Shown: positions 1 to 9,682, counted from the stretch's first letter. The stretch: 64,000 bases of DNA from Terriglobia bacterium (GCA_965206645.1 CBDBKE010000003.1:192001-256000), one strand, 5' to 3'. Made by a program: numbers and translations. The notes: generated by a model not told the origin, from the letters alone.

Positions 1-70
1 CAAAGCGTTGACATTTACCGCCACACTCCGGGCAACTCATTGTAGGCGTTGATCTTACTGCCGTATTCAT
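1..70 (-). CDS. 5' end of probable IS1-family transposase (N-terminal Zn-ribbon), truncated by window edge
   Basis: Manual translation MNTAVRSTPTMSCPECGGKCQRF(G): CxxC followed by xRFG as in InsA-like Zn ribbons. Strong promoter directly upstream; IS1-like end at 2331-2348. Only 23 codons visible. Confidence 0.5.
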   Translation of the reverse strand, partial: MNTAVRSTPTMSCPECGGKCQRF

Positions 71-76
71 GATTCA

Positions 77-105
77 ATTATACAGCGAGCGCTCTCTGTT
101 GTAAA
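77..105 (-). promoter_or_regulatory. sigma70-type promoter TTTACA-17bp-TATAAT, probably leaderless transcript
   Basis: Minus strand -35 at 105-100, -10 at 82-77; ATG at 70 is 6 nt downstream; no RBS. Confidence 0.7.
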
Positions 106-160
106 GGTAATTGGACCCCTCCACCAGGGTCAGGATCGGCAAGGAGCGGCGGGCTCTCGA

Positions 161-1228
161 TCAGCGTTTGAATTGCAGGACTGTAGCGCCTGTGGGATGC
201 GGCACATCAAGGCACAGAATTTGCTTTAGGAGCCCTTGTGGCACACCGGAATCTCTGCTGAGCCGCGCCGGATAAATAGCCCCCCCGTACGTTATCTCGG
301 CCATCTTACGCATCAAGCGCGGTTTCTCTTGTGCGATTCTCTCATCGCCGGGCTCGCGATAGGTGCCCCAGGTAGCGTTCATCTTCTGACTTAGGTATCT
401 GTACTGGTTCTGAGTCAGTTTTCCCAAGCGGTGTGCCGTGTTGGCTAGTGCTCGTATCGACACTCCCCATCGGGGTTTCATTGCTGCAAGACTAGAGAGG
501 GTTACGGGCTCTTCCATCTCGGATTCCATTGCTTCAGCAGGTAACAGAAACTCGCCCGCAAATGCCCTGGCCTCCAAATCGGCCTTCCTGGCGCTCGTCT
601 GTAACGGTGTGTGCATCACGATATGGCCAAGTTCCTCACCACTAGAAAAGCGGCTTCGATAGCTCGTCTTTCCGCCCATCAGCGCGACCACCGGGCGGCG
701 ATGCGCTCCGTCTCCCGCCCATGCCGAAAACCCGTCGAATCCTTTTTCTTGCATGGGAAGCAAGATTACCAACACGCCGTTTTTCTCCAGCGTTCCAATC
801 AAATCATTGACCGGACTCGACGGCGACAACCCAAGAGCCGACCTTGTGATTTGGGCACAGCTTTCTGGGTCATCGTTGATTCTCGGAATATTGACACGAA
901 TTCTATGCAGTTTCCCTCCAAGCGACTCTGCCAGGTCTAGCCCCAGATGAGCTATGGCATGAGCCCTGCTTCGAGCGGCCTTCTTGACTGACTTAGTGGA
1001 CCTGTAGAGAAGCGACCCGAAGGGCATCTCCGGCAGTTTGCCTTTTAAAAAGAAAGAGGCATCAAAACCCGTCTTCAGAGAAATAGCGTTCAAGTAGGCA
1101 CTGGAAGGCGCATACATGCCTGATTCCATCGAGGCGATGCCCGATTGCGTTGTACCAACGGCCCCGGCTAGCTCGGCCTGCGTGATGCCGCGAACATCTC
1201 TAGCTAGTTTGATCCTGGAACCGATCAT
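161..1228 (-). CDS. Xre-family HTH fused to ImmA/IrrE (DUF955/COG2856) metallopeptidase
   Basis: N-terminal RIKLARDVRGITQAELA...IASMESG HTH; C-terminal RFSSGEELGHIVMH...EARAFAGEFLLP...RWGVSIRAL. Confidence 0.9.
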   Translation of the reverse strand: MIGSRIKLARDVRGITQAELAGAVGTTQSGIASMESGMYAPSSAYLNAISLKTGFDASFFLKGKLPEMPFGSLLYRSTKSVKKAARSRAHAIAHLGLDLAESLGGKLHRIRVNIPRINDDPESCAQITRSALGLSPSSPVNDLIGTLEKNGVLVILLPMQEKGFDGFSAWAGDGAHRRPVVALMGGKTSYRSRFSSGEELGHIVMHTPLQTSARKADLEARAFAGEFLLPAEAMESEMEEPVTLSSLAAMKPRWGVSIRALANTAHRLGKLTQNQYRYLSQKMNATWGTYREPGDERIAQEKPRLMRKMAEITYGGAIYPARLSRDSGVPQGLLKQILCLDVPHPTGATVLQFKR

Positions 1229-1890
1229 GCTTCCTCGGAAGACTCTTCTTGCTGGTCTTCATCCTGACCGCGGAGCAGCTCCTCCAAATCGCGCTCGACC
1301 GTGTCGTTGAGAGGCTTGCCGTGGAGAGGTTCTGGGGTGTCCGAAGGCTCCGCTTGGATCGCGGCGGCGTGTGGCAGCGTCTCATTCCAGTAGCACTCCA
1401 CGTCTTCGGCTCGGAAGCCGCCCTTTTGAGGACAAGCTAACCGCAACTGATCCAGATTGAATTCCTTGTCAAAATTCCAGAGGATGAGTAGGTTCAACTT
1501 TGTCTCGCGAATTTGACGGTTGGCGTCTATATGCCGAGTCGGGAACTGTCCGTAGAATCTCTTTCGCGCAACGGAATAGCCGCATCCGGGGACCGCGCCG
1601 TCCCGCCCCTTTAGGACTCGCAACGCTACCGGGCCAAGGCGCAGATTGAGGGCAAGTAGGGGTTGGTTTATCAGATTGAATCCGTCGTCGGGTTCTTCTT
1701 CGACCCGGACATCGAGACGCTTGAAATACCGCTTGGCCTGATGCCGAACAATCATCTCGCGAATGTGTGATTCAGGCTTCTCCTTGTCGCAAAGTTGCTC
1801 GAAGTATTCTTGGTTCTTCGCAACTGCGAACTCCATTGCTCGCCAGAAGGCGGGTATGATGGGCTTGAGTGACTTGGCTGTCGCCATCAA
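1225..1890 (-). CDS. Hypothetical protein coupled to the Xre-IrrE gene (putative toxin/partner), acidic C-tail
   Basis: 221 aa; ATGA overlap with downstream gene; upstream promoter with palindrome. Confidence 0.75.
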   Translation of the reverse strand: MMATAKSLKPIIPAFWRAMEFAVAKNQEYFEQLCDKEKPESHIREMIVRHQAKRYFKRLDVRVEEEPDDGFNLINQPLLALNLRLGPVALRVLKGRDGAVPGCGYSVARKRFYGQFPTRHIDANRQIRETKLNLLILWNFDKEFNLDQLRLACPQKGGFRAEDVECYWNETLPHAAAIQAEPSDTPEPLHGKPLNDTVERDLEELLRGQDEDQQEESSEEA

Positions 1891-1945
1891 AAGATGGAAC
1901 GTGGGAATCCCAGTCGGGTAGGTCTAGCTTGATCTGTATATCAGT

Positions 1946-1978
1946 ATGATAATATCATGCCGTAACGCAGAATGTCAA
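1946..1978 (-). promoter_or_regulatory. Promoter TTGACA-18bp-TATTAT with operator-like palindrome ATGATA-A-TATCAT over the -10
   Basis: -35 at 1978-1973, -10 at 1954-1949, palindrome 1946-1958. Confidence 0.65.
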
Positions 1979-2271
1979 GTCTTTGGTCTTGCCTTGCGGG
2001 GCCGACCTCCAGCCCGCGTTTTCCGCTTGGCCGCAAGCTGGCGGAAGTACTCGGAGCCGCGCTTTGCGGTTGTGGAGCCGCCCTTGCGTCCTAGAACGGC
2101 AGCAGGCAACAGTTTGGTTTGGATAATTAGATCGTCAGTCAGTTCCAGGGCCGCGCTCAGCAGTTCCCGGCTCCGGGAAGTTCGGTTCTGGGGTAGGGGA
2201 GTTGTTTCTAGGATCAGATCAACTTCGGAGATGAGATTCTTGAGGGTCTGAAGTTCGGTTCGGTTTGGCAT
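1975..2271 (-). CDS. Small basic protein with KGG-type motif (PAAVLGRKGG) and AT-hook-like GRPRK tail
   Basis: 98 aa; upstream TTGCTT-17bp-TACGGT 6 nt before ATG. Confidence 0.7.
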   Translation of the reverse strand: MPNRTELQTLKNLISEVDLILETTPLPQNRTSRSRELLSAALELTDDLIIQTKLLPAAVLGRKGGSTTAKRGSEYFRQLAAKRKTRAGGRPRKARPKT

Positions 2272-2523
2272 ACTTCAACCGTACGACAGGATAAGCCGAA
2301 AAGCAAGCGTTCGCTGTTTTCGGTTCAACACAGATTTCAGACAGCACCGCCCGTCGGGTAGTGGGTCAGTTTCCAAGTAGGGTGTTATACGGCCAAGTCG
2401 GCTGCGTGGCAGCATAGGTAAACACTAACCGATTCCTGAGGAACCAACCCCGTTCCTCCTGGTGCTGTCTGGCGTCTGCCAGTCGGAAGCTAGTGGGGTG
2501 ATGCAGCTTTGATGTCTCTGAAC

Positions 2524-2710
2524 TCCCAGTTCATAGCTGCGGAATATGTAGAAATCCGTGCCGTCGACCTTCGGAGTCCTCATGATGGCCGGGGCTTCGC
2601 GGTGGCTGGGAGGCGATGGCGAAAGTGGCGGCGATACACAGCAAGGAGGACAGCAGTATCGCCACGAAGACGGTCTGCAGTGTCTTGCCGCGGGAGGGGC
2701 CTTTGAGCAT
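2524..2710 (-). pseudogene. DUF4331-family protein 5' fragment (frameshifted, truncated)
   Basis: Signal-peptide-like segment in one frame, then SHREAPAIMRTPKVDGTDFYIFRSYELG in another; no continuation. Confidence 0.7.
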
Positions 2711-2821
2711 GTCGGGCAGCCCGAGAACGGGACTTCCATGATACGGCTGCAGAGGAAGCAAAGACCGCTCGAGCTCTACGAGAAGGCGGCTTGAAACATA
2801 TTCGCGACTTGGGACGTTACC

Positions 2822-3901
2822 TTATTGACCGTAGCGGCTCGGTGGGTTCTGATGGGTATTAGCTTGCTTTCCTTCTTTGATCCACTGCTCCGCTGTCCCC
2901 CGCTTGTTGTAAAACCGCATCACCGCCCGACTTGGCAGAGTCAAGTTCGTAACGATAAATCCTACTCGCGGGAACAGCTCCCCTGGATGATGCTCCACCT
3001 TGGCCACCACCCTGCGGGCTGTCTTCCAACTGGCCGCTTGGTATAGAAAGCCCTTGAACTCCACCAACGGCTTCTTGCTGGGTCTCCCCACCGGCCGAGT
3101 CAGCAACTCCTCAATGTCCCGCTGTAGGCTGTCGTTAGCCGGGATGCGGATGGCGTACTTTACCTCCCGCTCCTCCAGAGCCTCGTAAATCTCCGGCTTG
3201 GCAAAGGCCGCGTCGGCACGAAACACCACTTCCTTGCCCAGCTGCTGCTGCCGCTCGATCTCCGGCAGGAGAAGTTCTTTCCAGTCCTCGGCGCTGTGCA
3301 CGTTGCCCGGTCGCAGCTTGGCCGCCAGACAGTCACCCTCGCGATTGAACAGCAACAACGGGTGATAGCAGCTCGACTCGAAATGCCCGTTGTAGGCACT
3401 CTGCTCCTGCTGGCCGTAGACCGGAATCTCGGTCGAGTCCATGTCCAGCACCACCCGTTGCGGGGAATCCATAGCTTCCGCCCTGGCGATTAAATCCCGG
3501 TTGATCGCTGCCAAACCAGCCAGGTTCTCATCTTGCGTCAGTAGTTCTGTCTCGAACGATTGCAGCCGGGAAGTCAACGCGGCTCCTCGCTCCCAGATCT
3601 TTTCTGAACCGATCAGCCGGAACGTCGGATCTTGAGAGAGCCGTTCCGCGTCATTCATATCTTCGTAACCCGCCAAGCGGCTGTACACGGACTGGCGCAG
3701 GAGGTCAGCAAAGGGCAACCGTGTGTTCTTTCTCCGAGGATCGGCCAAGTGCTGTTTGATGAGTTCTCCGAATCCCAAATGTTCGTCTGATTCGCGCACG
3801 AGGATCAGGCCGCCGTCGGAAGTAACCCGCGACCCCTGGAAATCGACCTTCAATGCAGCATTGAAAGAGAACTGAAAGGGCTGATTTTGCCTCTCACCCA
3901 C
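2822..3901 (-). pseudogene. IS1380-family DDE transposase, C-terminally truncated
   Basis: VTSDGGL, LDMDST, YNGHF..CYHPL, LRPGNVHS, FRADAAF, FYNKRGTAEQWIKEGK motifs; family similarity appears to stop after KEGKQA. Confidence 0.9.
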
Positions 3902-3988
3902 TCGGTTTCTACCTCCGGAAGCTGTATTGACGCTGGAACCGGCATAAATATTGGCGTCGGAGGTCAGTATAAGGTTAGCTTTGGAGTT

Positions 3989-4006
3989 TCAAAACGGAAA
4001 TCCGGG
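3989..4006 (-). repeat. Probable IS1380 left inverted repeat (CCCGGATTTCCGTTTTGA)
   Basis: About 90-105 bp upstream of the transposase; no matching right end found. Confidence 0.55.
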
Positions 4007-4029
4007 ATTAGGTTCCGACGGTTCCATTC

Positions 4030-5578
4030 ATGAGATCGTTACTCGTTTCCGCGCTTCTCGTACTGTTTCTTCTTCCGGCCTCGGGCGCATCCAGTGTGCG
4101 TGAGGATTTCGAGCAGGCGGCGGGGGCGCTTTCGTTTTTCTCTTGGGGTGATTTTCTCTATGGCCGTGAACTCACACTTCGCGTGCCGGGGGACGAGGCG
4201 CGCAAGTACAACGAGACCCTGGCGCATTTGATCGACTCAGGATTGGCGGGCACGACCGGTTGGCCTATCTTGCGGGCGTCGAGACGGGCTTCTCCCGAGG
4301 AGGTATCGGCTCTGCTTCGGCACGAGAACTCGAAGGTGCGGACCTTGGCCATGGCTTGGTTGTTTGCGAACAAAGGCCAATCGGCCCTACCGCAGCTGGT
4401 TGAGCTCGTTGGTGATACAGCGGAGACGTTTCCGGTTCCCCAGCCCGTAGCGTCCATATATTTGCCCGGACGGGACCCTCCGGACCCGCCTCTTAAGACT
4501 CAGACTGTGAGTGACATCGCTCGGGGAATGCTGGCCTTCTACATGGAACGGGCCGGTTACTATTACGGCGTAGAAGGAAAGAACGAGCATCCGGGCTTTG
4601 ACGAGTATTGGGGAACGGGCCTTTTGTCTGAGTTGCTTTGCGGTGAAACTAGACCGTGCGACCGGCGGGATATCGCCTCTCGCTTATGGGGCAGAGTTGA
4701 GAGCACACGAGGTGCGTCGCCAGGTAGATGAGTTGCCGCCCGTCGACAGGGAAGTCATGCTGTTGGGGCTGTTCTCAGCGAAGACGGATCTGCGAGATGT
4801 GGTTTCCGAACAGGACTTGGTGTTTGCTGGGCGGCGATTGGGGGCTGGGCGACTGCTCCAGCTGCTCCGAGGCGAGTCCGTGATCGATGACCCGGATTTG
4901 CCTCATTACCGGGACCGCATCCGCGATCTCGTACTTCAGCATTCTGCCGAACTGTTGCGGCCGGCCGATGGCCCGTGGCTGATCGAACAGGGCAGGACAA
5001 CGCGGAAAGCGGATTGGTTCCGGGCGGCGGCGGGCGTGCGGCCGGAGTCCGCTTCGGTAATCTTGAGGGAGGCTTTCCAGACGTGTGACTTCCTTGGTGA
5101 TGGGCGGGCTCGCACAGCGACAGCCCTCTGGCGCTTGGCCGGGCAAGAAAACGAGGACTTCCTGGTCGAATGGTTTTTCGGGGATGAGGCGCCGAAGGTG
5201 GGTAGGGCTCCTTACCGGGTGGGGTTCATCGATTTCCTGGCGGAGCGCTTTCAGGTTATTGATCGTCGCTTGCTCGCCCGTTTTGTCCGAGGCACACGTT
5301 TTGAGCAGCTTGACTGGCAAACACTCGAGTCTTTGATGAATGGTCTCAATCGCAACCTTCTTCATCCTGTCGTGCCTGCTGATGAGATCGCCGGGACAGG
5401 GCATCCGCTAGGAAAAGCAAACTTCCACGGCATGATCGAGCGAGCGCACGAACAGTACCCTCGGGAAACGGCACGGTTGCTGACAACTCTCGACGGCTGG
5501 CGGGAACGGGTTCGTGCGCGTGTGAAGGACTGGGAACTACCGCCTTGTCAACACCGATGCCGGATAGGTCCACCCTAA
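4030..5578 (+). pseudogene. Exported hypothetical protein with HEAT-like repeat, split by frameshift near 4610
   Basis: ORFs 4030-4731 and 4598-5578 overlap in different frames; signal peptide; LLRHENSKVRTLAMAWL HEAT-like motif. Confidence 0.6.
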
Positions 5579-5801
5579 CGGGTTAGCGGTTATCAATCCC
5601 GGTTTCAACTGGCCCGGTTTCAATTGAGCGAATAGTCGACTTCCCGGAAACTGACCCACTGCCGCCCGTCGGTTGGCACGGTGTCAACGCTTCCTCTCTC
5701 CAGGGCCATGGTCCGGGTCTCGAGGTGGACTGCGCGTGTCAGGAAGCGGACGCGAGAAATCTTTGTCCGCCACGGGCTAGGGGAGCACTTCCGGCCAAGG
5801 G

Positions 5802-7106
5802 CTAGCGCAGCACTTCCGGATTGACGCAATACTGGGGAGGGCGGTTCTCGAGCACCGCCACCATGTCGGTGGCCATGGAGCGGTAGATGCGATCCATAGC
5901 CAGGTCGCTGACCCCGAGCACGTGGGGCGCGCAAAGCACCCGAGGGTCTTTGAAAATCCGGTGGGAGGAATCAGGTGGCTCAGTTGGGAACACGTCCAGG
6001 CCCACGGCGCTTAACTGTCCCGTGTCCAGGGCCTCGGCCAGAGCGTCGAGGCTTTCGACGATCCCGCCCCGGGACGTGTTGATCAGGATCGCCCCCGGCT
6101 TCACCAGCGCAAGCCGTTCCGGGTTGATTAACCCCTGCGTTTGCTCCATCAGGGGCACGTGCACGGAGACAAAGTCAGAGCTGCGGAGAAGCTCCGGGAG
6201 ATCCACCATTTGAACCCAGGGCACCCCTGCTTTGTCACTGCTGACGAATGGATCGTAGCCGAGGATGATCATACCAAATGGTTGGGTGAGCTTCGCTAGG
6301 TGCGCTCCGATCTTTCCCAGGCCAATAATTCCCAGGGTGTGCTCGGCCAAGTCGCCGGTTTTGAAGTCATAGCGCTTCTGCCACTGGCCAGTTTTTACGA
6401 TGCTGTCGCAGAGAGGGATTTTTTTCACCAGCGCCAGCAGAAGCGCCAGAGCTCCCTCTGCCACGGCGAAGCCGCTGACAGGCGCGTTGATTACGGCAAT
6501 CTTGCGCGCCGTCGCCGCGGCAACATCCACGCTGTCGAACCCGGCGCCTGTACGCCCGATCACGCGCAGCGTCGGGCAAGCGTCAATCATTCCGCCGGTC
6601 ACCCGCCCTTCGCCCCGGCAGACCAGAGCGATGGTGCCTTTCAGCAAACCTATCAGCGTTTCTTCGTCAGTCGAGGGAGCGATCTCGACCGGCGCCACTT
6701 GCTGGAGGATTTCAATGGCAGTGGTGTCGATGGGTGCGGTGGCGACGATTCGCTGGGAGGCCGTAGCTTCTGCGGATGGAAACTTAATTCCCCACAGATC
6801 TTTCGCGTCCCTTAGTTCCACACCGAATTCGAGATTGCCGCTTTCGTTCTTCTTGTGTTCGCACCAGATAACTTTGCCCATCGCACTTCGCTCGTTTGTG
6901 AGGTTCGTAACAACAACCTCCTCACCCACATCGCAGGGCTGCTTGCACTCGATCCTGGCCCCGTACTGACTCAGCACGACCGTCCAGCCCTCCAACCCCT
7001 GAAAACTGCCGCTGGCGTCCTTGACCAGCCGAACGGCAAGCCGCATGGGCACACGAGTACCTCGCCGTGCCCCTAACGTTAAATCCTCCGGTCTGATCCT
7101 CGCCAT
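5802..7106 (-). CDS. PilZ-like domain fused to D-isomer 2-hydroxyacid (SerA-like) dehydrogenase
   Basis: N-term RRGTR...LSQYGARI...FGVEL..LWGIKFP; C-term GRTGAGFDSVD, GLGKIG, YDPF, NTSRG, DVFPTEP, PHV. Confidence 0.85.
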   Translation of the reverse strand: MARIRPEDLTLGARRGTRVPMRLAVRLVKDASGSFQGLEGWTVVLSQYGARIECKQPCDVGEEVVVTNLTNERSAMGKVIWCEHKKNESGNLEFGVELRDAKDLWGIKFPSAEATASQRIVATAPIDTTAIEILQQVAPVEIAPSTDEETLIGLLKGTIALVCRGEGRVTGGMIDACPTLRVIGRTGAGFDSVDVAAATARKIAVINAPVSGFAVAEGALALLLALVKKIPLCDSIVKTGQWQKRYDFKTGDLAEHTLGIIGLGKIGAHLAKLTQPFGMIILGYDPFVSSDKAGVPWVQMVDLPELLRSSDFVSVHVPLMEQTQGLINPERLALVKPGAILINTSRGGIVESLDALAEALDTGQLSAVGLDVFPTEPPDSSHRIFKDPRVLCAPHVLGVSDLAMDRIYRSMATDMVAVLENRPPQYCVNPEVLR

Positions 7107-7411
7107 TTCAGCTATCCATCATGGTTGGTTGCCGGCCCCGGGTACTGAATCCGGGCTCCTTGCTGATCGCACGGCAGCGGCCGTTGCAAGACGCTGCGCG
7201 GGCCTCCGATTTGTGTAGTCCGTTGACAATCGTAACCGCCTATGCTAGCTCTCCGGCTACCTGCTAGTAAAGAGCAAACGGCAATCCGGAATCGGGAAGG
7301 AGGGAGTGGCTAAGGAGCAGATAGTTCCCCGTTAGCTTTGCACGGTGCTTCCATGTAAAATCGCCTGCGATTGGTGCACGTGAGCAGCGATCATTGGAGT
7401 TTGAATAGTTC

Positions 7412-8779
7412 ATGAACGCAGCCTCTCAACCGCCGCCTGCAATTCCTTCTGCCGATTCTCTTGAAGCCCGTACCATTGAAGCCCGTACCATGAAAAAGAT
7501 CGGCAGACGCCTTCTCCCCCTTGTCTTTACCCTTTACGCAGTGGCCTACCTCGATCGCGCGAGTGTGGCGTATGCCAAGTTGACCATGACGGTGGATCTT
7601 GGTTTTTCTGAAGCCGTCTATGGCTTCGGTGCCGGATTATTTTTTGTGGGATATTTGCTGCTGGAAATCCCCGGTGCGTTGATTGTGCACAGATGGGGTG
7701 CGCGGCTGTGGATGTCGCGCATTCTCATTTCCTGGGGCTTTGTCACGGTCATGACCGGCTTCGTCCGTACAGCGAACGACTTTTATTTTGCCCGCTTTTT
7801 GCTGGGCGTTGCCGAGGCAGGATTTATCCCGGGAGCCATCGTTTACCTGAACCAATGGTTTCCCAGCCAGCATCGGGCGCGAGCTATGGCCAGATTGCTC
7901 ATAGGCGGCACTTTTGCATTGGTCGTTGGAGGGCCGATTTCCGGCGCCATTTTGACGGTGAACTGGATGGGGCTTGCCGGCTGGCGGTGGGTGTTTATTC
8001 TGGAAGGGATTCCGGCAGTCACTATGGGTGTTCTTGTCCTGTTCATTATGACAGACCGGCCCGCGAAGGCGAGCTGGTTGCGGCCTGAGGAGCGCGAATG
8101 GGTCATCAACGAACTGGAAGCAGAAAAACAGAGAAAGGTCCAGTTCGGCAAGATCACGGTTTGGCAGGCCTTTCGGCACCCCGCCGTGCTCATTTTGGCT
8201 GCGCTCGAGGTCCTGGCCAACATGGGGAATATAGCGTTTGGTCTATGGCTGCCCACAATGATTCAGCGAGCCTCTGGCCTGCCGCCCCATCTTGCAGCAG
8301 CAGTGTCGGCGCTTCCCTTCGTGACTGCTGTGATAGGCCAACTGACCAGTAGCTGGTCCTCGGACCGCAAGCGGGAGCGCATCTTTCACACCGCCATCCC
8401 GCTTTTTCTGGCCGGCATCATCTTCCCGATCACGACTCTTCCCGGCATGTCCTTCGGCTGGCTGCTGTTCTGGCTTTGCATGTCGAGTGCAGCAATCTGG
8501 GCGCAAGGTCCGCCCTTCTGGACCCTGCCCACTGTAGTCCTTGGAGAGGCGCCGGCGGCAGCCGCGATTGGCTTTATCAACACCGTTGGACAAGTGGGAG
8601 GCTTCTTCGGGCCCACTCTGGTTGGGGTCATGCTGACGGCAGGCTACTCTTTTGACGACACTACCCGCCTCCTGTCGCTGGGCTTCATCGCGTCCGGCAT
8701 GATGGCGTTGGGTTTGCGGCGTTATGTCCCGGCTCGCGGATCGGAAACGGCGCAGCCGGAACCCCCTGATGCGAGATAG
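7412..8779 (+). CDS. MFS transporter, anion:cation symporter (TtuB-like) family
   Basis: AYLDRA, YGFGAGLFFVGY..EIP, RFLLGVAEAGF, GWRWVFILEG; multiple TM segments. Confidence 0.9.
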   Translation: MNAASQPPPAIPSADSLEARTIEARTMKKIGRRLLPLVFTLYAVAYLDRASVAYAKLTMTVDLGFSEAVYGFGAGLFFVGYLLLEIPGALIVHRWGARLWMSRILISWGFVTVMTGFVRTANDFYFARFLLGVAEAGFIPGAIVYLNQWFPSQHRARAMARLLIGGTFALVVGGPISGAILTVNWMGLAGWRWVFILEGIPAVTMGVLVLFIMTDRPAKASWLRPEEREWVINELEAEKQRKVQFGKITVWQAFRHPAVLILAALEVLANMGNIAFGLWLPTMIQRASGLPPHLAAAVSALPFVTAVIGQLTSSWSSDRKRERIFHTAIPLFLAGIIFPITTLPGMSFGWLLFWLCMSSAAIWAQGPPFWTLPTVVLGEAPAAAAIGFINTVGQVGGFFGPTLVGVMLTAGYSFDDTTRLLSLGFIASGMMALGLRRYVPARGSETAQPEPPDAR

Positions 8780-8983
8780 TCAGACGCGAGATAGTCAGAT
8801 GCAAGGTAGTGGTAGCAATCCGCGAGGACGAATGCCTCGCGCTGTGGCCCTGACTACCACCCCACGCAAGATTGGAAGATAATAGTAGGCGGACGTGAAT
8901 AGGCACCTGGCACTGAACCAGAAAATATCGCATCAGGAAAACAGTAGCCGCCGGAGTCGGCGGCACGGGAGGTTGGAGGCAAC

Positions 8984-9682
8984 GTGGACAAGACGGTTCG
9001 CAACGCAGACGAAGCGGTAGCCGATGTCTCCGATGGGGCGCTCATCATGATGGGAGGCTTCGGGCTGTGCGGCATCCCGGAGAATCTGATTGCCGCGCTG
9101 CGCCGCAAGGGCACCCGCAACCTGACCGTGGTCAGCAACAACGCAGGCGTGGACAATTTCGGCATCGGCCTTCTGCTCGAGACCCGGCAAGTGAAGAAGA
9201 TGATCGCCACCTATGTGGGCGAGAACAAATTGTTCGAGGCGCTGATGCTGAAGGGAGAGTTGGAAGCGGAGCTGAACCCACAGGGCACGCTGGCCGAGCG
9301 CATCCGGGCGGGTGGCGCCGGCATCCCGGCCTTCTATACACCCACCGGCTACGGCACCGTGATCGGTGAAGGCAAGGAAGTGCGCGAGTTCAATGAGCGA
9401 CCTTGCGTGATGGAGCGTGCCCTGCGCGCCGACTTTGCCTTCGTCAAGGCCTGGAAGGGCGACCCCTGGGGCAACCTCGTGTATCGGAAGACGGCTCGCA
9501 ACTTCAACCCGGTGATGGCGACGGCGGCCCAGGTGACCATTGCGGAGGTGGAGGAGTTAACCGAGGTGGGGCGGCTGGAACCGGACCAGGTCCACACCCC
9601 TGGGGTTTTTGTGCATCGGATCTTTCAAGGGGAGAACTATGAAAAGCGAATCGAGAAGCGGACCGTCCGGCGGGCCGGCTGA
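8984..9682 (+). CDS. scoA: 3-oxoacid CoA-transferase subunit A
   Basis: [39 protein letters not shown]. Confidence 0.92.
   Translation: MDKTVRNADEAVADVSDGALIMMGGFGLCGIPENLIAALRRKGTRNLTVVSNNAGVDNFGIGLLLETRQVKKMIATYVGENKLFEALMLKGELEAELNPQGTLAERIRAGGAGIPAFYTPTGYGTVIGEGKEVREFNERPCVMERALRADFAFVKAWKGDPWGNLVYRKTARNFNPVMATAAQVTIAEVEELTEVGRLEPDQVHTPGVFVHRIFQGENYEKRIEKRTVRRAG

Larger units (their letters stand above)
1..2348 (-). mobile_element. Probable IS1-family cargo transposon (element A), other end outside window
   Basis: End GGTGCTGTCTGAAATCTG (minus, 2348-2331) fits the IS1-family GGnnnTG end motif and abuts 8-bp GCCCGTCG; transposase-like 5' end at 1-70. Confidence 0.55.
2357..5663. mobile_element. 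Non-autonomous IS1-family-type cargo element (element B), 3307 bp
   Basis: IRs GGTAGTGGGTCAGTTTCC (2357-2374) and GGAAACTGACCCACTGCC (5646-5663), 17/18 match; identical 8-bp direct repeats GCCCGTCG at 2349-2356 and 5664-5671. Confidence 0.85.

Noticed and set aside
5598-5622. 2 x CCCGGTTTCAA as IS1380 right end
   Set aside because: On the wrong side of the transposase and only a partial match to the left IR.
5674-5688. TGGCACG as sigma54 promoter
   Set aside because: No TTGC -12 element and no downstream + strand gene.
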